Origin: Eledone cirrhosa
Lineage: Eukaryota
Reading direction: 5' to 3'
DNA: 64,000 bases
Assembly: GCA_964016885.1 (NCBI GenBank)
Contig: OZ024740.1
Coordinates: forward strand, 414,346,001-414,410,000
Shown here piece after piece: positions 51,701 to 60,700 of the stretch (position 1 is its first letter; each line of letters opens with the position of its first letter). A program made the translations under genes and the position numbers. The notes under the pieces were generated by a model that worked only from the letters and a program-made list of their open reading frames with translations, ran no database searches and was not told the DNA's origin.

Positions 51701-54700
51701 AGTATCCCAAAAGTCACCTAGATATTCTAAAATTTATTAAAGGTCTAAATTTATTATAATTATATATTTTTTTCTTTTTCAGAATATTAGGAAATTACAT
51801 ATGGAAAAATTCACAACTACACATAAAATAAAAATCATTGTATAATGTTTCAAAAGGAAAGAATCAAATATTCTCAAAGTGCTTCTTTCCAACACTTTAA
51901 GGCCAGAAAACCACCATCAGATTTTCTGATTCATGGGCTGATTCAATGTTTTCAGTAGAATGGCTAGAGTAAGTGACCTGACACAACGCGGATCACTGAA
52001 TTTAGTCCGTTCACAGATGAATCATGAATGCATAGGAAATGGGTTCCATGAGAACTATAAACATCAATAAACAAACATCCTGATTGTACAAAGTTGTACA
52101 AAATGCCTTGTAGTATCTGTTTCAGTCTTTTGTGTTTTAAGTTCAAGTCTTGCTATGGCCTACTTAATCAGTTTCCCAGTTTAACATCCTCACCTTAAAC
52201 TTGAATCATCATCATCATCACCGTTTTACATCCGTTCTTCCACGCTAGCATGGGTTAGACGGGTTGTCCTGTTGTCGGCAGTGTCCGGTCGGCTGACCAT
52301 GTCTTGCTCATACTGGAACTGATGCTGGCATGATTTCTACAGCTGAATGCCCTTCCTAACACCAACCTCATTTACAGTGAGTGCTGGGTGCCTTTTTTCC
52401 ATGGCGCCTACACGTCCACTTTACAGTGTGGGCTGGGTGCCTTTTTGCTGTGGCACCTCCATGAGCAATTTCCAGTGGAGGCGGAGGCAACTCCAATTGA
52501 TTGCAATCATTCAGGCTAAGTCACCAGTTTGAGGATGCCATCCTCTTTCCCTTTTAGCAATCTGAAAATTTAGGCCCCTGAAAAGGGTCATGGGTTCTTT
52601 TCTTTCTCCAGACTAAGTTACAAGAAAAAAATATCTCTAGCAAAGAAATAATATCTTTATTCCATTACACACTTACCAAAACTTCAAACTTATGAAATTA
52701 GAATACCAGCATACCTGTGAGTGGTCCAAATATCTTATGAGTGGCAGATGTTCTATTCAGATTTAGGCACTTCAGTGTGGGTGGCTGATGCATAGAAATA
52801 TCAGTGATGTACTGAATGATGCCAGCATCTGTGACCCGGGTGTTCTCCAGCACTAGTGTAGCCAAACACTGTAGAGCTGAAACAGACAAATATAACCAAA
52901 ATGAAAATTATCTCCCAGTCATTTCCATTTCTGTTGATGTAACAAATATTTACACATATATATGTGTTTGCATGTATGAATATATGGTGGCTGCCAACTC
53001 GTTTTCGAGTACGGCCACTACTTTATATCCATGTAGGAGAACCCCTACCAATGCGCTGAACAAGTGTAACCTTTTAGTCCAGCCAGCGACTTGAAAACTC
53101 TGGTACAAACACTGCACCTGTGACAATTATTGACACATAGTGCTGGACCCATCGTACCATGTGACGACAAGTGCAGAGAGATCTCCAGATATAAAGCAAT
53201 GCTTGTGCCGTGAAGCTTTTATAGTGAGCAAAGGCACTGCACAAAGCCAGTCCCACTCTCTTAACCAAGATGATATTTACCAAAAAGAAGAACAAGTCAA
53301 CATCATTGGATACCATCAGAGTTGCAGGTGTTATATCAGAGTTTTCCTTCTCCTAGAATTCTGCCTTGACAAAGGCTAAGGGGTGATCTCTCCCGGTGAT
53401 TTTGGATGGCCATTGACTCTTAAGAGCTCCTTTGCCCTTTGACAGGTTTTGTTTTTTGTCCTCCAGGATGTCCAAAGTCACCCTCCTCACCAAGAAACCT
53501 TGGTGGGGTTGCCAGTTTAGTCGGCAACAACCCGACCATGGGTATGAATATATACAGATATACATACATACACACTTATATATATACATTTTCTCTTCTT
53601 TTTTTATTTGATTGAGAAGTAGAGGGAACATCATAATTAGGATTAGCTACAACTAAAGAATATAGATAATAGCTGTTTTCTTTATAAATTATATAATGGA
53701 TTATTCATTGTATCCTATGCCAGCTCAGCCAAAGACCTAGGCTGTGTTCCCCCAAAGGGTGCTCTCCGCCTTGGTCGACCTGGTCCAAAACCCAGATTCA
53801 TCCAGCTTTTTCGGACCCTGCTGAGGCAATTTCATATCATCTGGCCTCTGTTAAAGCTGGGCGTGAAAATCGGATTACCTTCCAAACACGCCCAGGCCTA
53901 CCACCCCATCTACATCCAAAGCTACGTGCTGCAGCTTCCTTGAATCGGAACTCAGCACAACATGAAAGTTTTAGTCTGCGTGATGATGGGCAGATCTGGA
54001 GGTTTGTTAAGGCTGGTGAAACGTGGAAGAGAGATACCAGCTGGTCTGAGTGTGCTCTACCCACAATAACTGGCAATGAAAAAACTGCAACAACTCTGGG
54101 AAACTAAACCAGAACAACCTGCCATCCTCTACACACCATCATAAACTGCAAGCAGGGTACAAATTGTTGTCCTTAAATGCTCGCAGTTTATGCAACAAGA
54201 TACATCTGTTTAACTCCTACGTCAGAAGCATCAACCCTGACTTCATCACAGTCACGGAAACATGGGCACATTCCTTACTCTGTGATGGGGTTTTCAGCAT
54301 TACTGGGTAGAACCTTTTCCGCAAGGACCGCATTAATCACCGTGGTGGTGGTGTGATGGTCTACGTTCGTTCAAACTTTTCGGTAATTCCTTGCGTTGAT
54401 TTGAACGAACTACAAGAAGAAGTTTTTTTTTGTGACATACGTATGACCATGTCAACACTTCTGCTTGGTGTTGTTTATCGCCACCCAAACTACCATCAGG
54501 ACACACAGCTTTGCGATATCCTCAGAGCTGCTGCCAGGAAAACAGCCACTTATGTGTTTATTGCACGTGACATCAATCATCCTGAGATCGATTGGGAAAC
54601 CTTTCATTGGCCACAAAGTGCAAACGATTTCCTTGAGCTAGTGCTGGACTCAAACTGGTCACAAGTAGTCACCTCTCCAACAAGAGATGACAACACTTTG

Positions 54701-57700
54701 GACCTGATCTTCACCACTACTCCTGAAGTGGTTATCAGTTGTACTACTGAGGAACCTCTAGGCGACTCTGATCATGCTATGATCATTGCAAATCTGGCTC
54801 TTGCGGGCAGCAACAAAATCCAGAACCTTCTCCAATCTGCTTGCTTTGATTGGAAGAAAGCAGATTGGAACTTGTACTGCACTGAGCTACAACGCCCAAA
54901 CTGGCATGAGTTCTATAACTCTTGAGATGTGAACACTATACTCCAGAGCACCCTGGACTCAATATGGATAGCGTGTGCAGCATCGGTGCCATGTAAGCAG
55001 AAAAAAAAACCACCCCAAAAATGCAATTTGGGAAATTTCAGCAGTCCGACTTGCCAGGAAAGAACGTTGGAACGCTGAACGGGAATATAAACTGCATAAA
55101 TCAGATGTCAACAGAAAAAAGCAGAATAAATCTTCCAACCATCTCAAGCAAGTGACAAAAAAGGCAGTGCTTGAATTTGAACAGTGCATAGCAATCAATC
55201 CTGACAGTAAGGTGGTCTGGAAATATGTTCATTCAAAGCAGAGACCTCACTCTCCAGTTGGTCCTCTTCGCAATCCCCACACAAGCCAGATCACTGACGA
55301 TCCCAAAGAATGCGCAGAACTCATTGCTGAGTGCTATGCAAGTATTTTTACTGTCGAAAACCAGAATGTACCATCTCCACCATCTCTCACATCAAATTCC
55401 ATAACAACTATGGAATTTACACCTGCAATGTTGCGACGTCACCTTAATAATAAGCGCAACTGTGCCTCCCCTGGTCATGATGGTGTTACATACCTGCTTC
55501 TCAAACATGGCGGGTACTTCCTTTTGCACCAGCTTTCTTTCTTCTTTCAATACTGTCTCAACAATGGTGCTACTCCGGAGCAGTGGAAAACTGCCAGTGT
55601 CATTCCACTGTTCAAAAAGGGCCGCACGTCACCTGTCAAATATCGTCCAGTCAGTCTTACTAGCTGTATTGCCAAACTGATGGAATCCTGTGTCAGAGAA
55701 ACACTTTGGAACTTCTGGAGTTCTCACAGCCTCATCCGGCCCTCGCAGTTTGGATTTATCCCTAACTCCAGCTGCTGTGATCAGCTTATCGAGTTCCTTG
55801 AAGCCATTACCTGGATCACTGACAGCGGCTCATGGGTGGATGTTGTTTACCTTGACTTCGCTAAGGCTTTTAATTCTGTGCCACACAAAAGACTTATGAC
55901 AATGTACTTGGTAAACACCCACAAAGTTATTAACCATCTCACCAACAACAACCCTGAGCACCTTTTTGATCTCCATGTGTCTAACACACATGGACATGCC
56001 TACAAAATCAGAAAACAGCACAGCTCCCATGACTTTCGGAAACATTTTTTCACGCTCAGAGTTGCTGAAGCATGGAACAAACTGCCTGCAACAGTTGTTA
56101 GCTGCCGAGACACCGCATCCTTTAAAACCCTCATGCTTCCCGAAATTCGCCAAAACTACACCTGATGTACTCCTTCCATACACATGCACACATGTGTATA
56201 TCATGACTCATGCACTGTTCATTTTCCTGACGTTTGTGCATTACCCTATGTACTATACATACACTTTTTGATGAGTTGTAGTGCACCTGAGCACTGTACA
56301 CAATATTTTCATTATTATTAAAACCTCCATGCTTCCTGATATTCGCCAACACTACACCTAATATTTCCCCTCCATACACACGCACACATGTATATCATGA
56401 CTCATACACTATTCACTTCCCCGACATCTGTATATTATTCTATGTACTATACATGCACCTTTGATGAGTTGTAGTGCACCTGAGCACTGTACACAATAAT
56501 TTCATTATTATTATTATTCAAATGTCTTCCCCCATCTGTAGATGTGTTTCTGAATTCTACTTTCATGTTTCGTCTCTGAAGATGAGATCAATATCAAAAA
56601 AAGAAAAGAAAAACAATAACCATATTGCTTAGCTAATAAACAGAATTACCCGATATAGGTGTTAAACAGTTGTCTGTTAGCTGCCGGCATGATCCTAACT
56701 TTAAAGTCTTTAGTTTTTTTAAGGCTGGAAAAAAGGAATAAATAAATAAACAAATGAATAAATAAATTAGTAATTATTCACCAAAAAGAGAAAAAGAACC
56801 AAATCACCAGACCTCAATGCATTCTAGTTTTCAATCTCATCACAATAAATTCACTATTTGAATCCTGCTTAGGTAAATTAAACTTTCATCTATTTTGGAG
56901 GAGGGAGGGAATATAGTAAAAAAAAAAAGTACCAGTGTTTTACTGGAGTGATTCAATCTATTGTAATCCTTCTTCACAAAATATTGTCTTCAGTTTAGTG
57001 GAAAGAAATCAATTTTGAACATTATTTTCATTTCAGTTTATTTATATTATTTTCCTTCATAGGTTTTAAAGGGAGGAAGTAGAACCCATTGTGATTTGAT
57101 GTCTGCAAGGATTAGAAACATGTGAGTTTAAAGATAATCAATTTGAAACTTGATTAATAATTTCTCTTATCTTCTGATTAATCAATTATAAACAAAAATA
57201 AAGTAAATACTGCTAGTATTCTATTTTTCCACAAAGAGAATGCATGGATTTCTCTCTTGAGAAAAGTGACATTTAGGTTTATATAAAGAGAATACATAAG
57301 TTTCTCTCTTGACAAAAATGACATCAAGCTATGTTATCAATTCTTTAAGTATAGTTACATTCATATTAACCATTCTTGAGTATTTGTGTATGATAAAGAA
57401 AATCAGTGAATAGAATTCTATATTATATTAGGTGTAAGATGATCAGATATAATGGGCAAAAGAGAAGACTGCACTTATACTGACATGTGAAATAGATATA
57501 GGTGGAGTGTTGGGTACAAGTGTATCAAAGTGATCCAAATGATGAGAACTTGCAGAAGAAGAAACACCAGGACAATATAAGAAGTGATGAAAGTTAATCT
57601 CAAGTAGCTAAATGATATAAAGACGGGAACACTTTACTGGAGGAAACCCATCCAACCTATTTATCCAATAAAGATAATAGTTTTTTTAAAATCTTTTTAC

Positions 57701-60700
57701 CAGGCTTGTATTAATCCATTAGCATTTACATTACTTTATATATACGCTGGTATTTTCGCAGTAAAGGTTTTATCTCAGATAATATCAAATCTATGAGATC
57801 TTGATATTTATTTTGAGAACAAAACATCAGTATGAGTAGCAAGTTACGGCCAGTTTGAACAGAAATAGGTGAGAGAATTCTGGCCGGATATGGCCGGTTT
57901 AAATGTTAAAGTGTTAATGTAGGGGATAGTATCCATTATAAGAAAGAAAGAAGAGTCCTCACAATGACATAACACTACTTCATGTAATATTTATTTGTGT
58001 GTGTATGTATGTTCTTTTGGTTTCATAATTTTATCATTTTTTACCAATAGAGAGAGAGTCGGTTTCTAACAGAGACACAAGACTCTTTCATTGGAATTTA
58101 GACAACATCAACATATGTGTGCATGTGGTTGTGTGTGTGTGTGTATGTGTGTGTGCAGGTATGGATGTTATTGTATGTGTGGATCTGTATGTTTTGAGTT
58201 ATATGTGTGTATGTACATGTTTTGTATCTGTACATGTGTATATGCATTTATAACATGCAGAATTTTTGGAATGTTTTACATATTTTTACAGTTCGATTAA
58301 TGGATTGTACTTGTAATTTCCTAACTAGCTGTGTTCTTTCTGGTTCTGGGAAGCCCAGCTTTTCAAGATTTGTACTGAGGCAGTTACTAACATATCCCAG
58401 AGCCTCAATAATCACAATATGTGTATGTGTGTGTGCATGCATGAGTGTGTGTGTATGTAGGTATGTACCATATTTTTTGTGTATAATACAAGAAATTTGG
58501 AACTAAAATTAAATACAAAAAATGGGGTAGTACATGAGAACACATTTACAGAATTTTTTTACTGAGCTTAAAAATACACATTTCAAGTGGCAAGATTGCA
58601 AATACATATTGATAACAATTGTTAACATATGGTATTCAGTATATTGGCAATATTTGTTATTTGGGAATCAGTATAATTGAACATCATTTGTCTCAAAGAC
58701 AGGAAATTAATACAGTAAATTAATAAAAGAACTACATAAAATATATTATGTTTTGATAACATTACATGTGAGGCCTAACTTTTGTTAAAATATATACTTT
58801 TTCCTGCTGAAATAATAAGGCCATTATTCCAATACTATAAAATTGTTTGCTAAACAGATATTCTGTCATTTGTTGACACACAGTATTCACTTTGAAAACT
58901 AGAATAAATTATTCAAAAAGAATAAAACAATAGTAATTAGATATGTAAATAACACCAGCATAATTATACTGCTATATAGTGTTTATGGGTACTGGTGCTG
59001 TTGAAATAAATATAATCTATTTTTTCTGTAGTTTACAAATATATAGAAAAACAACAAAGTCATATCAGATAAAATATATAACCTTAAATAAAATTACTAG
59101 ATATGCATCAAGTAAAGATAACATATTTTCCAAAAAATTTGAAACTTGTTTTGAAATGGCAAATAGGATAAATTTTCTAAATAACCAGTTATTTTATTCA
59201 TCATCATCATTGTTTAACGTTAGCATGGGTTAGCCGGGTGTGTCCCACTAGAGGTAAGTTGGGTCGAGTGACCGTGTCTTGCTCATATTGGACTGTTTCC
59301 AGCTAGATTTCTATACCTGATGCCAACCACATTTACAGTGTGTGCTAGTGCTATTTGTCGTGATACCTACACAACCACTTTACAGTGTGGGCTGGGTACT
59401 TTTTGTTGTGATACCTACACAACCACTTCATGGTGTGGGCTGGGTGCTTTTTGCCATGATTTTTTAATATCGTAAGACTGGACTAATGTGAAATGAAGTG
59501 CCTTGTCCAAGGACACAATACATTGACTGGTCCTGAAATTGAACAAATAATCTTAAAATAGTGATCTCAAAATCCTAACCATTAGGTTATGCATTTTCAC
59601 AAATTCTAACAAATATTGTATCAAAAAGCTGACTTACCTGTAAGAGGCTGTAAACCACTGTCTGTTATTAAACTACATGAGTTGAGACTCAGGTGCACTA
59701 AGTTAGTATGCATCCTATGACAAAACAGAATATTTAACTTAATTTCAGAAACAAGTAGCATGGTATTATAATAACAATAATTGTTTCTACTTTTGGCACA
59801 AGGCCAGCAATTACCCAGTGCATTACTGGTATTTTATTTTATCAACACCATAAGGATGAAAAGCAAAGTTAACCTCGACGGGATTTGAACTCAGACTGTA
59901 AAGGGACGTAACTATGCTGGAAAGCATGGCGTCTGACCCTCTACCGATACTGCCAATTCACTGCCCTTTATAATAACAATAATATAAATATGCAGCATGA
60001 CAGACTTGGAGCCTTCTTACACTGGAAATTATATCAGTTTATGACATAACCACTGAAAGAAGATAGTACAAATATTCACTGCAAAAGGTTTCAGTAAATA
60101 ACAAAGTGACCACACTCTGAGTCATACAAATATATATATATCCTCCAGAAAATATTATTAAACAGCATCGGGGTAAAACATTTTGATCACTGTATCAATT
60201 CCAATGTTGTAGTGCACCTGAGCACTGTACATAATAATTTCATAATTATTATTATTTATATCTCACAAATACATGAAATGCTTAAGTATAAAGATATTTA
60301 AAAACAAAAATAACATCTATAATTACATGTCCATTGGTATCAATAAAAAACAAAAAATACAGATAAATACATGGCCAAAATGCCAAAATATACACATGTA
60401 CACAAAATAGAGGAAATTGTATTACTAGACGGCTCACATAATAAGTAGTATTATTTCAATATTATATTAAAGGGCGGTGGATTGGCAGTATCGGTAGAGG
60501 GTCGGATGCCATGCTTTGACGCATAGAGTTACGCCCCTTGCCATTCTGAGTTCAAATCGCGCCGAGGTTAACTTTGCCTTTCATCCTTACGGGGTCGATA
60601 AAATAAAGTACCAGTAATGTACTGGTTAATTGCTGGCCTTGTGCCAAAAGTAGAAACAATTATTTCAATATTATAGGAAAACACAAATATCAAACAAAGC

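Noticed and set aside
53400-53545. HDV-like or twister ribozyme at the 5' end of family D
   Set aside because: Only a simple hairpin could be drawn; the required pseudoknots were not identifiable by eye.
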